This document shows positions 31,375 through 45,410 of a stretch of 64,000 nt of DNA, piece after piece (the stretch's first letter is position 1; the number at the start of each line of letters is the position of its first letter). The notes under the pieces are model-generated. The model worked only from the letters and a program-made list of their open reading frames with translations. It was not told the origin of the DNA and searched no databases. The stretch is from NCBI RefSeq assembly GCF_009914755.1, contig NC_060932.1. The stretch is one strand, 5' to 3'. The position numbers and the translations under genes are program-made. This DNA is from the human T2T-CHM13v2.0 reference genome, Homo sapiens.

Positions 31375-33740
31375 TTAAAAATACAGTTTTATTGAGATAT
31401 AATGCATACCATACATTTTCCCCTTTTAAAGTTTACAATTCAGTGGCTTTTAAAATATAATCACAGAATTGTGCAACTATCACCACAGTCAAGTTTAGGG
31501 CATCTTAATCTCCCCGGAAAGAAACCCCATACGCGTTAGCAATCATTGCGCATTTCCACCACCCATTCCTCCTCCCTACCCCTAAGCAATCTATTTTGGT
31601 CTGTATAGATTTGACTGTTCTGGACATGTCATGGAAGTGTAATCATATAATATCTAGTTTTTAGTGACTGGCTTCTTGGACTTAGTATAATGTTTTCAAA
31701 GTTCATCCATGCTGTACATGCTGTAGCATATGCCAGGACATCATCCTCTTTATTGCTGAATAATATTTCATCACTTAGATATACCACATTTTTATTTATC
31801 CACACATCAGTTGATGGACATTTGGGATGTTGACACTTTTAGGCTATTATGAATAATGCTGCTCTGAATATAAAGGTACAGGCTTAAAATTATTTTCAGT
31901 ATAAATCTAGGAGTGGAATTGCTGGGCTTCGTCTTTTTTTCAGTGTCTTAAGGTAGAAGGTTAGCTTATTGATTGAGATCTTTAATACTACTTCAGCTAT
32001 ATTTGATAAATTTTATATCTTTCATTTATCTTAGAGTATTTTTAAATTTCCATTGTGATTTCATATTTGACCCATTGGTTATTTGTTGGTGTGTTGTTTA
32101 ATTTCCACATATTTGTTAATTCCCCAAATTTCTTTGAATTATTAGTGTCTAAAAGGACTAATGATTTTACTCCTTTTAAGTTTATTGTACTTTTCCACTC
32201 CAGTGTTTCCATTGGGTTTTTATTTTATATCTTTTCATCTATGTTCTCTATTTGATGAGACATTGTCATCATACCTTTCATTTCTTCTTTAAGCATGGTT
32301 TCCTTTAGTTCTTTAAACGTATTTATAATGTTTGCTTTGAAGTCTTTGTTATATTTAACTTCTGGGACCTCTCACAAGTATTTTCTGTCACTTGCTTTTC
32401 CCCTTCTGTAGGTATTACACATTCCTGTTTCTTTGTATGTCTCATAATTTCTTGATAAAGATGACAATTTAGGTAATATATTGTAGCTATTGGTTAATAA
32501 TTTATCTCCCCCCTTATTAGGTTTGTTTTCTTGTTTGCGTATTTATTTGTTGTATGAGTTGGCTAGGCAATTTTAATGAAGTCTGTTTGACTTCGGTGTC
32601 ACTCTTCAGAGGGTGCGGCCTTCAGTGTGGCCACATTCACCCTGGGAATCCAGTGGTCTCAACCTGACTCACTTTGCCTTTCCCTGATACCTTCTTTGTC
32701 TGCCTCATTTGCTATCACATGTAGCTACTTTATACCTCACTAATTGCCATCTTCACTAATTGCTTTATTGTTTTTGACAATGCACTGGGGCTTAAATTGT
32801 TCCACATCCATTTAAATTTGTTTCATTTTTGTGGCCATTCTTCGATTTGAATTCTGACACCAAGATGACGCTTCTTAGCTGTCTCATTCCCAGGTTCTCT
32901 CTAATGAACTAGATCTTTTGCTTGTTTCTCTTAATTAAGTGAACTACCAGCCTCCTTTTATTTGCTTATTACCAAGTCTCCATAGTTTTTGAGACCACCT
33001 TTAGGCTCCAACTTACCCGCAATCTGAGTCAGATAAAGTCAGTTTCTTTGGGTAGTGCTTAGGGCCTTCTGTTTTAAGGTCTCTTCCCCTGGGCAAAATC
33101 TCTGAGCCACTACTTCGGTAGCTGGGCCGGCATGTAGCTTCTGGTCTTCTTTATATACCTCTCCCAGTGTAGAAACTGCCCTGTGAATGCGCTGAGGTGA
33201 AGACATTTGGGTGCCTATTTTCTCAGCTTTCCTATCCTGGGGTAGAACCTCTGCCTTATGAGTAGGGGCTAGGTGGAGAAAGGAAGTCCCTGAATTCTCA
33301 TCATATGCGTCAGGAATTTAGTCTTTTCAACTCAGAATGAGGGGATGAGAAATTGCTGACAGCCTGCTCCTTCCCATGAGATGCTGTAACCCTTTATTGG
33401 AAGCCAAGGGAAGAGGGAGACCCATCTTTTTGGCCACAGCCTCTTGGATTGGAGTTTCTGTCCATCTGCGTTGGGAATGGGTGGGGAAAAGCAGGCTGCA
33501 GCTGAAGTGCTTCGGACTCTTAAAAACTAAGCCACAACCTGCTTCTTCCCAACCCATTCTCAACTCAATGGATAGAAGCTCCAATCTGTCCAACGTGCTT
33601 CTTCCCAATCCTAATCTTAGTATATTTTCCTGAATAAATGTTTCTTAATTTGGTATATACCCTTAGGATCATTTCACCGGTTGTGCTTGTATTGCTGGGG
33701 AGTGGGTCCACAGACTTTCTCACCCTGCCATCCTCATAGC
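31375..33740 (-). mobile_element. Old L1M segments, antisense
   Basis: TTTATTGAGATATAAT...GTGCAACTATCACCACA...GTTGATGGACATTTGGG is an L1M 3' end reversed, followed by T-rich degenerate L1; boundaries approximate. Confidence 0.7.
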
Positions 33741-34904
33741 CCCTAAAATAAACTTAAGGGAAATAGAGACATAGATAACTTTTTAAAGTGGTAAGCATTC
33801 ACTTTGATTCCCTGATAATCAATCAACCCTTAACTCTGCCTTATATATCTCAAGCCAAAGACACTTTGTTTTACCCTCTCCAGAGAATAAGCCTCTAATC
33901 TTCTGACAGTCATTTGCCTGAATAGAATAAGGGATCAGAAGGCCTGTTTCTCAAGTTGACTTTCAAACTCTGTTCCTATTCCAGCTTCATTTTGCTTCCA
34001 GTGCCATCTGGGGTCACCATTCCAGAGCCTCTTGAGGACGCGTGTATAAATTGTGTTGCTTTGGGGCTTTCTCTGCTGTTTTTCTCAGCTCCTTAGCAGT
34101 GGAGAGGTTGAAGTTTGTTACCAATTGTTCATATGCTTTTCTGCTTTCAAATTTTAGTTGTCGTTGTCTCTTCCAGATATTAGTTCTTGTAGATTTATGC
34201 TATTTTTAAGATTTCTTTATTCTCATTTAGTGGAATTTCAGGAGATAGTGAATATAAATGTTTATGTCCAACTCACCATCTTCAACAAAGAAAGATTCTA
34301 CTTCTATTTTTAATCTCAAAGGCTTCACAGTTTTTCTTCAACCTTCACTATAACCCTCACTTGATTTGCTTTTAAAATATACTAGACGCTGTCTTAACTG
34401 ACCTTCACATAACTGGCATGCCAGATTAATGAATGCTCTCCATTCCCTCTGTAAAATACATTATGGATGCCCACTGCAAGAAGCAAAAAGGGCAAGAAGC
34501 GAAAAGCTTCCCAGCTCCCAAGTATAGCTGTATCCTTCTGCTCCCACCAATTAAGTTGGTGTTTGTAGGAATCAGTTTATTCCTCTTTAAAGAAATGGAA
34601 GCTGTAAACATTATTGATGTGGTTATTTAAGAAATATACTGTAGATATGGTAAGCCATATCAAAAGTTAAAGAATGAGTACACATACTTTTAATTTAAAA
34701 TAAAAGATTTATGCTTTGTAATTGTTATGATTTTTTGCTTTAACAGCTTTCTCAATTAAATGAACAACTACTAGCCCTGAATGTATTAACAGCTTGTTTT
34801 AAAATAACAAAAAATTTTATTATATCCTATGGATCAAATGTATGGTTCTGTTGTGTTGTGTGCTGAATTTTCACATACTTAACAAGATAATTGTTTTTGT
34901 TTAG

Positions 34905-35078
34905 TTCCAGATGTTGAAGTGAAAGGAGAGTGTTCTAGCTATTATCTCTTGTTACAAGGTAATGGCAATAGAAGATGTAAAGCCACATTGATTCACTCAG
35001 CCAACCAGATCAATGGCTCATTTGCACTCAATTTAATTCATGGAAAGATGAAAACAAAGACAGAAGAAGCCAAATTGA
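34905..35078 (+). CDS. MTBP: MTBP exon 12 (174 nt; [57 protein letters not shown](S))
   Basis: tttgtttag|TTCCAG...TTGA|gtaagt; phase 1/1. Confidence 0.93.
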
Positions 35079-35454
35079 GTAAGTGTTAACTTCAGGTAGA
35101 AAAACATGTTTACATTGTTTGTGTGTGTGGTTAGCATATGTGGCTTTAAGTAGAAGAAATACTAAACATTTAATGAATTTATTTTCGCCAAACTCCATTC
35201 TCTTTCATTAATTTACCTTTTATTTAAAACATATTATGACATATTTTTACAATTTAATGTGCAAAGAGCAAATTGCTTTTACATTATACCTAGTAAAGTT
35301 TAGTAGATCAGCCTTCAATTCTAAAAATGAAATTTTTAGTATTTTCCACTTTAAATACATATATTTTGCTATATTTCCCATTTTCATTTATATCGTCTGA
35401 AGCCACATGTTCTATTTTATTGCCCATCTTTCCCTCTTCTTCCCAGGCTTTATT

Positions 35455-36290
<836 letters not shown>

Positions 36291-36359
36291 CCAGCCACCA
36301 GTAACGGGAGTCCAAATACATCTTTATGTTGCCCCATGGGCTACTATTTAGGTCCACCA

Positions 36360-36808
36360 TGTACTGGTTACCAATTTGTCCTAGTCCGGTGTGACAGAAC
36401 ACACTCACATGCAAGTTATATGAAGCAGATTTATTACTTACAGATAGGCAGCAAGGAACAAAAGAAGCCTAGGATCTGTTGTGAGCCAGGCCCCCAAGGC
36501 TCACGAAAGCTTCCCAGGGCAGATGGTGTCTTGACTGCATGTACGCCATTTGCACCACAGCTAAGGGACCCCAAAAGGCAGCCTGACCTGGCTTCTATAT
36601 TTCAGGGGCCATGTGACTCATTGGGCAACGCTTTGAAGGACATCCTGCTTTTAGGGGACAGAGGAAAAAAACCCAAGCTATCCTGGGCAGTTCCTCCCTA
36701 TTTCAAGATAGTACATTTCCAGTGCATTCTGCAGTTATTCTGAGTAAAATGGGCATGAAGAATGGGGAGAGAGACACGGCTAAGGCTATCATGGGACCAT
36801 CCAGCACA
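36360..36808 (-). mobile_element. Solo ERV LTR (family not determined)
   Basis: TG...CA ends, about 450 bp, raised GC, TTTATT (minus-strand AATAAA) near the left end. Confidence 0.55.
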
Positions 36809-37218
36809 TTTATCTAGGTTGGATTCATTGTGGAGGGGACTGCACAAAAAGGAATAACAGGAGATGTGGTTCATTCAATGGCTTTTGGGGGTATCTTTAC
36901 AGACTAGCTACCATTCCCTATCTGTGATTTCTGATCAGGTAGAAGAAAATGTGATTCAGGGAATTCTACTTTGCTATCTAAATTCCCTCAATTTAAAAAT
37001 CAGGTCAATGTTTAAAATGCAAAATAATTGAGTATGCTTATTTTCTGCTGCTTAATTATTATTATTATTTACTTTGAAATATGTAAGGTCGAGAGAGGTG
37101 AGTGATTGACTTTTATTTTTTGTTAAATCCTTGCTATAACACATTTCCCAGGAACTGAGTACTAATTGTTGGCAAAGGGCATCATTAATGTTGACCTTTT
37201 TTTTTTCTTATTTCTCAG

Positions 37219-37326
37219 GTTTTCCTTTTGACTTATTATCACTTCCACATTTTTCTGGGGAGCAGATTGTACAGAGAGAGAAACAGTTAGCTAATGTTCA
37301 AGTTTTAGCTTTGGAAGAATGCCTAA
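37219..37326 (+). CDS. MTBP: MTBP exon 13 (108 nt; [35 protein letters not shown](K))
   Basis: tttctcag|GT...CTAA|gtaagt; phase 1/1. Confidence 0.95.
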
Positions 37327-40213
37327 GTAAGTAACAATTTGTGTATTTTATCCTACCCTAAAAATGTTGACTTGTTTGGACATAAGCTACCTTTATTTGC
37401 ACACTTTTTCATATATAGTTTATCTTTTAGTTATGCTACTTAATTATAGAACTATTTTTGAAAGCAATGATGTAGAGTAGAAGAGATATTTTCACTAGAT
37501 TCAGAATATTTCTGTTTATTTGTACATCACTGTTAACATTTGTAAAAGTATTTCAACAGGCAAATTTTGTATTTCAAAATTTGTTTTTAATTGTATGCTA
37601 GAGAAGGTATGTAAGTTTTATTTTTCTATGTATAACTCTTGATAAAATATCTTTTTATATATTTTTGTAGCGGAAGTTGGGTGCTACAAATAGGAAAAAA
37701 TGCAAGTCTTAGGGAAATTAATGTGTTACCTTGAGCATTGATTCTTAGAGTTTAATAATGATCATCAATAATAAGTAAGAACATTTCATGTACTAAGTGA
37801 CATTGGCATAGATTTATCTTATTCAGAAAAGAGTCATAATTTCACATTTTTTCTCTTTTACAGTTAATTTGGCTATCAGTCTTATTTTTTAATACAAATT
37901 TTAAGCATTCATTTGTTGCCTAATTGAACTTATTTATGGTTATGTAATTTCTAAGAAATTGATTCAAATTGTGAGTTCTCCTTAGTTGTATGTAGAAAAA
38001 AAGTTATTCGAATTATATATTACATATATTATAAAATAAGAACTATCATTCTTTTCTTTAAAAACGTATTTAAAAATTGTGAATTCAGTAGCCTACCTAT
38101 TCAATAGAAGATAATTTTAGAATAGTTGGTCTCAATTATTCATGTAAAGATTGCAAACTTTTTCAATTGTAAAAATCCAGGGTAATTGTTTAGTCTTGAG
38201 CTCCTCTAACCATTGGTGTGTTGTTTTTTTTAACCACGAAAATGATGTTTGCTCAAGGAAGGTGTAATTAGAAAGGCAAATCATTTTTAATAAAGTGTAG
38301 TACATGCTATAACCAACAAATACATAAATACATACACACACATATATACTGAAATACCAGTATTGTTATGGTTATAAAATGTTTATTTCAGACATCAGCC
38401 AGCTGTATTATTCATTTTTTAACTTTGCTCTATTCCTGCCAAAAACCCGTCAGGCCCTGATTTCCTTGCCATATGCCTCTGGCAGCTTTTTATAACTCAG
38501 TTCCTTCAACATCTCCATTGATTCATCTTCACCTCTGTTCCTCACCTTTCCAAACACAAAAACTATCAGAAGAGCAGGGACCTCTCTAAAGCTGGTGCAT
38601 CTCTTCTTTGTGAAAGGAGAAGACTTAACCCCAAGAGGGCCATCCCTCCTGGTTGTGTGGGAAGGGAAATATGACAGCTATAACTAGGTTGCTGCCTAGA
38701 GGTGTGAGTGAAAAGTTCAACAGAGTTGGTGAGAGGGCAGGAGAGAGTACAGAAATGCTAAAAATAAAAAAAATTAAAAAAATAAAAAATCGCAGGGATG
38801 CCACTAGACTGGGCAAAGAGTAAGGTGGGAACCTGAAACTGAAGACAACCTTAGAGCTAGTTGCTGCTAGAGACACTGGCTCTGGGTATGTCCATGAAAT
38901 GGCCAATTTGCGATCAGAAGCATTAAATCTTGATTCAGATAAATGATCCAGTTAATCTATTTATGATGAAAATACTTACTGAACAAATCTCTTCTCTACC
39001 CAGAGAGTTAATACTGGATTAAAAACTTGGAGACAAAGATGCATCTGTTTAGAATGCCTGTGTCTCAAAAGGCATTTGCAGAGGCATTTGCAGAGGCAAA
39101 CGACAGCAAAAGAAAGTTTCCAATGTAAGCATGTCTTAAGTGTCTACTTCAGTGATTTTCAAATAAGTGAAGTGTGAATATAAAAGTACTTAAAGTAATG
39201 CAGTTAACTTATTTGTACATGATAAAAAGTAAAGAATATAATGGGAACAGCTCTCTTTGGAAAAAAAAATAGTGGTTCAATATCCATACAGAGATTATAG
39301 TGTTTACAGAAAAACAAAATTTGTTCAAAAAGATTTCCTCAAATTATCAACAAAACATGGGGTAGGCTTGTTACTCTTTTTCCACTATTTCTCTAATACT
39401 AAATTAGAAAGAATAGCTAGAAAAATTTGCACAAAAATTTACTCAAAAATGTACTCACTAATAACACTATTGAGGCACTTTGTTTTTTAAAATAACACGA
39501 AATAAAATTTGTTAGGGCTTATTTTTTAAAATTAGTTTATTTTCATTAATTTTATTTTGAAAATTACATCTAATACTATTTAATTAGAATGATATTTAAA
39601 ATTTGTAAGCTTGTGACTTATATTTTACCAAATTTGTTGGTAATTTATGACTTTTTGTATTTGGAAATATTAAAAATCTTGTTTCACTGATTTTTCAAGA
39701 AAAGGCTGAAGAATGCTGAACAATTTTTAAATAAAAGACTGTTCAGTATGATGCAAGATAAGTATGAAAACAGCAGTATTATCATTTTGCTCCAGTATTG
39801 CAGTCTCTACTCTGAGCTCCCTACATCTTTGTTAAATTTATAAAACACAGTGCAAAGCTTATGCTTGACCTGCTGATTCCTTTGGATGTTCTGCTTCTAC
39901 ATTTTTCTTTAATAAATCCTTAGTTATTACTAGCTTTCTTAGGAAAATAGCATTCTTATGCTAACTCATTTTTAGACTTTAGTCCAATGTTTTTCTCTCA
40001 AATATTTATCTGCCACTTATATGCAAACTCATTTGTGTGAAGACTATGTTTTACCTAGGTAAATTATCCTGCTCATAACTTGTAAACTTTATCTGTTTTC
40101 TGTCTCCATTTCTTAATCATTAAGGTCAATATGGATTCTTACTCTCTTCTTCAAATTGTAATATAATTGACAGGTTTAATAAATATAGGTCAGGTTCAGG
40201 TTCAGATTTGAGT

Positions 40214-40546
40214 GTGTGTGTGTATGTGTGTGTGGGGGTGTATATATATAATTTTTTTTCTTTTGAGACAGAATTTTGCTCTGTCACCCAGGCTGGAGTG
40301 CAGTGGCATGATCTTGGCCCACTGCAACTTCCACCTCCCAAGTTCAAGTGATTCTTGTTCTTCAGCCTCCCAAGTAGCTAGCATTACAGGCATGTACCAC
40401 CACGCCAGGCTAATTTTTGTATTTTTAGTAGAGATGAAGTTTCTTCATGTTGGCCAGGCTGGTCTCGAACTCTGGACCTCAGGTGATCCACCCGCTTCGG
40501 CCTCCCAAAGTGCTGGGATTACAGGAGTGAGCCAACACACCCGGCC
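40214..40546 (-). mobile_element. AluS whose tail contains a (TG)n/(TA)n microsatellite
   Basis: TSD CAGATTTGAGT at 40203-40213 and 40546-40556 encloses the microsatellite. Confidence 0.92.
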
Positions 40547-41099
40547 AGATTTGAGTATATTTTTAACATTAATAAAAACATAGGGGCTAATTTCTGAAGC
40601 AGATTACTGCGTACATCTTCCAGATAAAACCAAACCATCGGTAACTTTTTGTCTTAGAATGGCTCCCAGCAGATTGTGCACAAAAAGACAATGAACCTTA
40701 TGATTTTCTCACTAAGAGGATGTAATAGAGGCAGAATATATTACAGCTCTCATTTTACTGTTACTAATATTCTTGATTGTGGAAGGAATGTTAGTTATCT
40801 TGGGTCAGATTTGGAAGGACCCTACCAATGTCCACATTGGTGATGCAGGATTTTACAGAGGCTTGTATCATGAAGCTGATGTTCTAAAGTAGAACCTTGA
40901 CATTGGTTGCCTCCTTCTTATTCTACTCCCTTGCATTATTTATGTGCTGACCTCAGGTAGTGTAATGTAATAATGCTTTAATCCTCTGTGTCTAAGGACA
41001 CAGTACAGTGCTTTTTAGGCAGTAAGCTCTTAAAATTAATAAATGTGTGTTTTGTTGAATTCTCTATGAACTTCTAGGTTAGTATTTTATTGTGGAAGA

Positions 41100-42700
41100 A
41101 AATGTTACTAGTCTAGAAGTGTTTTAAAATGGACTATTTTTATCAAAGTGATACATGGATATAGTTTGAAAAATCAAGTGATACTGAAAAAGCTTCAAGT
41201 GGCAAACAGCAATGCACTACCCATGCCTCCCCATCTTTCAGTCCCTGTGTTTATAGACAGCTATCCTCAGCTCTTCCAGGTGGACCCCTATACAAATAAT
41301 GTACGTATGCTGCTATTTCTTGATTTACTAGTTTCAGGCATTATCTTAACATCTAACTATGGAAGATAAAAACTTCACTTTCCCACATAATCCTCACTTT
41401 CTCTTTCTGCTTCTTCAAGTGAAGTCATGAATTTTGGTTAAATCAGTGGTTGGCTTTAATATTATTATAATTTTATAAATAAGTTTACTGTTGAGCCATG
41501 TAATAAATGATGATGATCAGATCTCTCTTATATAATTCTTTGTTTCTCTTATGGTTGATAATCACCTTATTTTAAATTTGCCTACTCTTCTGTATAGACA
41601 GAACATTGTTATGTTTTTCCAGAGGCTCCAACATTTCTGCTGCACTCCTATCATTAACATTCACTGTGTATTCAAATACATCAGTTCCTTTTTATTTCTC
41701 TATTGTTTTCTTTCCTGGAGTGTTTCATATTTTGCTCGACTATGGACTGATTGCTTATATCTTGCTAATATCTTGAAGATTTCCCTTTCCTCTTTTCTTC
41801 TTTCAGAATGTTCTTTTTCCTAGACCCCTTATTCTCCTTTTTCTTGGATTATGCCTTTGTTTGGTTGGTGCACTTCTTCCAGTCACTTTTTGAACAAAAG
41901 TTCATGGAGCATAAATTTTTTGAGTTCTTGCATGTCTGAAAATTTATTTACTTCACTAATAAAATTCTAGGTTAAAAATCATTTTCCCTCGGAATTTCAA
42001 TGATACTACTTCATTGTCTTCTGCTTTGCTATGTTTCTGTTGCGAAGTCAAATATAATTCCTATTCTTTGTGGTAATCTAATTTTGGTTTGTTTGGTTTT
42101 TACCCACTTTCTGGAAACTTTGTCTCCAGAATCATTGTCTCTAGAAGGTTTACTCTGAGTCACACTGTGTTTATCTTTCCCATCTTCCCCACCAGCCCCA
42201 TTTATTGAACTGTGTAGTTGATTGGCAATTTAAATGGGAGAGTCATATCTTGAAATCTGAATTTTTTTTTATCTTTTTAATAATTTTCTTCCTCCCATTC
42301 TCTCTCTCTCTTTCTCTCTCTGGAGCTCTGGAGCTCTTACTAGATATTGACTTTTCTGGACAGAATGCCTGATTTCCATTCCTAGTTTCATATTACTATG
42401 TTTTTGTTCTAGTTTTGGGGGGATATCTTCCATTTTATTTTACAGCTCTTCTATGGAATTTTTGAAATTTGATGTCTCGTGTGCTTAATTTTAGAGTCAT
42501 TTTTTGTTCATTGATTTTTTTTTCTTTATCAAAGCATCCTGTACTTATTTCATGGGTGCAGTATCTTCTCATTTGTCTATGAGAAAATTATAGCAAACTT
42601 TGTTTAGCTTTCTACAATGCTTTTGTTTCTGCTGGACTCCCTTTTTTCTGTTTGTTTGCCTTAGTCTCTCTTTTGGATGCTTTTTAGTTTGGGATTCCAA
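41100..42700 (-). mobile_element. Ancient L1ME-like remnant
   Basis: T-rich degenerate tract with AAATTTTTTGAGTTCTTGCATGTCTGAAAAT...AAAATTCTAGGTT motif. Confidence 0.55.
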
Positions 42701-44147
42701 TGAATAATACCCACTTCTCCCCCCCAACATTTGAACCAACTGAAAAATAAGTGTAAGAAATATACAGATGGAGAGAAATTATAGATGAAAGCTGTACTAA
42801 AGGATATGGCTTTTTAGATCTATGGCCAAGTTGGCCTTCTTATACATACACCCAGCATCGAATTTTGCCACTGAATGGCTGTCAGAGCTAGGCAACTGCA
42901 GACCAACCCTGCAGCAGAAGTCTGCAGAGAAAATACATCCTGAAGACTTGCTCACTCAGATGAAAGTCAGAAGAATCTATCAGAGCATGCTTTGTTCATG
43001 ACTAGCTCAGTGAGTGATGGGAAGGAAGAGGGGAGCTGAAAGTGTTAACTGAATCAAATCTTTGCACAGGGAAATAAAGAGCTGCCTCTCCCCCTCAACA
43101 CCTTTCCTTAAATGTCTGGAGATTCTTTTGTTTCCATCCTATTTTGAAATGGAAGTTTTGTATGCTTACTTCTAAAGTAATATCTGTCAAGCTTCACTAT
43201 AGTATGGTGAAGTGACAATTCAACATTTTGTTCATGAGCTTCTACCCCTAACTCCACCCCTTGCTATCTAGAGTTCTTTTCTCTGACAGCATTCAGTTTA
43301 ACCAAAGGAGAATCCTCTGATATTTCCAGTGGGGCATTTGTGGATGTTCACTTTCTGGTATCAAAGCTTGGAGTCCAACCTTTCAATGAATAGATTTTTC
43401 CTTAATCCCTTGGTTTTAACACCAGCCTCAATACTATCTTTTCGTATACCTGATGTTCCATACAAAAAAAAAAAAGAAAAAAAAATGCAAGCAGTGTTGC
43501 CTATCTAATAGGAATAGCTTGCATAGGGGAAGGACCTGCAGTTCTGACTTCTTGTGCTATATCCAGTCCTGTTTCAGTCCAGCATCTCACCACCAGCTCT
43601 TATACTCCTCGGTAGTGCCTCTCTACAGGCATCCAAGGTGGCTCTTCCTCTGCTTTGCAGACTCCGTTACCACTCGGTCATTTATGTCTTCCAAAATTTG
43701 TTGAAAAATGTCATTATTTATCATTCCTTCTTTTGTTCTCCCTTTTTATTTCTTTGCTGTGATTTTAGGTTTTGAGAAGAAGAAACAGAAGTGGCCAAGC
43801 TACCATATTTAACTGAAAGTCTAACAGGTTTTATTTCTACATAACCATGAACATAAGACCATTTTAATGCTCTGCAATATATTTCTGAAGGCTTTAGTAA
43901 ACCTGCCTTTATCTGTTATCAACTTATAGTATCAATGAATTACTTCTGTTTATCTCACATAACTGGAAATTCTCCCATTATCTACAAATAGGATTAAAGT
44001 GAAAGAAGGCCTACAATCCTGAAAACAGGAATGTTGATTTACTAGAGAAATTCACTTGTTTTACTTCTGAAAATATTTTCCACAAAAGACTAGTAGATGA
44101 GCTCCAGAGAATACAAAATAAGTCAATTGTATTGATTTGTCTTATAG

Positions 44148-44309
44148 AAAGACGAAAGTTGGCAAAGCAGCCTGAAACAGTTTCTGTTGCTGAACTCAAA
44201 AGTCTGTTAGTACTCACAAGGAAACACTTTTTAGATTATTTTGATGCTGTGATTCCTAAAATGATTCTAAGAAAGATGGACAAAATTAAAACCTTCAATA
44301 TATTAAATG
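44148..44309 (+). CDS. MTBP: MTBP exon 14 (162 nt; RRKLAKQPETVSVAELKSLLVLTRKHFLDYFDAVIPKMILRKMDKIKTFNILN(D))
   Basis: cttatag|AAAG...AATG|gtaagt; inside track ORF 44132..44377. Confidence 0.95.
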
Positions 44310-44839
44310 GTAAGTTTTTTATTACTTTAAATTTTAGTTCTTTGTGTGTGTGTGGCAACTATGACATTTATTATTAAAACTTATAAAATGTATTGGTCAA
44401 ATCAAAATGTATTTCACAAATTTAAATAATAATAGATACTTATATAGATACAAGTATGTATGTATATGTGATGAACTGTATTACTCATTATTTAAACATT
44501 ATAAATTTTCTAGTAACTTTTTTCATTAAGTATGTTCAGTGTAATTGTTTTTGGGCAGAGGAAGAAGCACTTTAAGATGATGCCTCTCTTTAGTCTTACT
44601 AAGCTGCTGAAATGTGTGAATTTCTATTAAGCTACATTTCCATAAAGTGTGGAAAGCAAAATCTACATAGTAAATTTAATAGAGGTAAAAGTCCATATGA
44701 TAAGATGATGCATATTTAACATTCAATAGGGGAGGAACAGTCAGACTTCACTGAGACAGCTGGAAATCATTTCGTTATTTAGTTGTATTTCTTTCCGCTT
44801 TCCTGAGTTCCAGTGTTGTGATGAATTTGAATAACCTTG

Positions 44840-45410
44840 TTTAAGGACACAGGCTGTGGAGCTAAATGGTCAGGGTTCAAATCTCACTTTTGTTACTTGC
44901 TAACCAAATGTCTTTAGGCAAGTTATTCAACTCTTTGCCTGTTTCGTCATGTTTAAAATGGGAATAATAATATAACCCACTTACTAGGATTATTGTGAGG
45001 ATTAGTAGGTTATTGTGAGGATTGAATGAGTTGATACCTGTAAAACACTTAGAACACAAGTACCAAAAAAGATGTTATTTGTTTTATCATTATCATCACC
45101 ATCGCATATCAGTACCCAAGTTAAATAGCATACAGAGTTATCTGAAAGGTGCTGGAGACATTTTTAGATTACTTGTAAATGGGGCATGTGTTCAATAAGT
45201 GAGAGACCATAGCTCCATGGTTATAGCATGGACTCTGGAGCAAGACTAGCAGCTTACTTGCTGTGTGACCTTGGGCATGTTTTCTGATCCTTGTGCCTCT
45301 GCTTCTTTATCTTTAAATTAGGGATGACATAGGTAGTTATGAAGATTAAATTAATTATTCCTAAATTGCTTAGGCAGTTGCCTAGTATAAAGTAAGTGCT
45401 GGTTAAATAA
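44840..45410 (+). mobile_element. Two MIR fragments
   Basis: GGGTTCAAATC...TTTAGGCAAGTTATTCAACTCT...AAAATGGGAATAATAAT and GTGTGACCTTGGGCA cores. Confidence 0.65.

Noticed and set aside
34530-34538. Second GTATCCTT (and ATATCCTT at 62031-62038) as extra U12 donors
   Set aside because: Neither follows an exon, and about one such 8-mer is expected by chance in 64 kb.
39071-39098. 12-bp tandem GGCATTTGCAGA resembling octamer sites
   Set aside because: ATTTGCAG is not the ATTTGCAT octamer; this is an ordinary small duplication.
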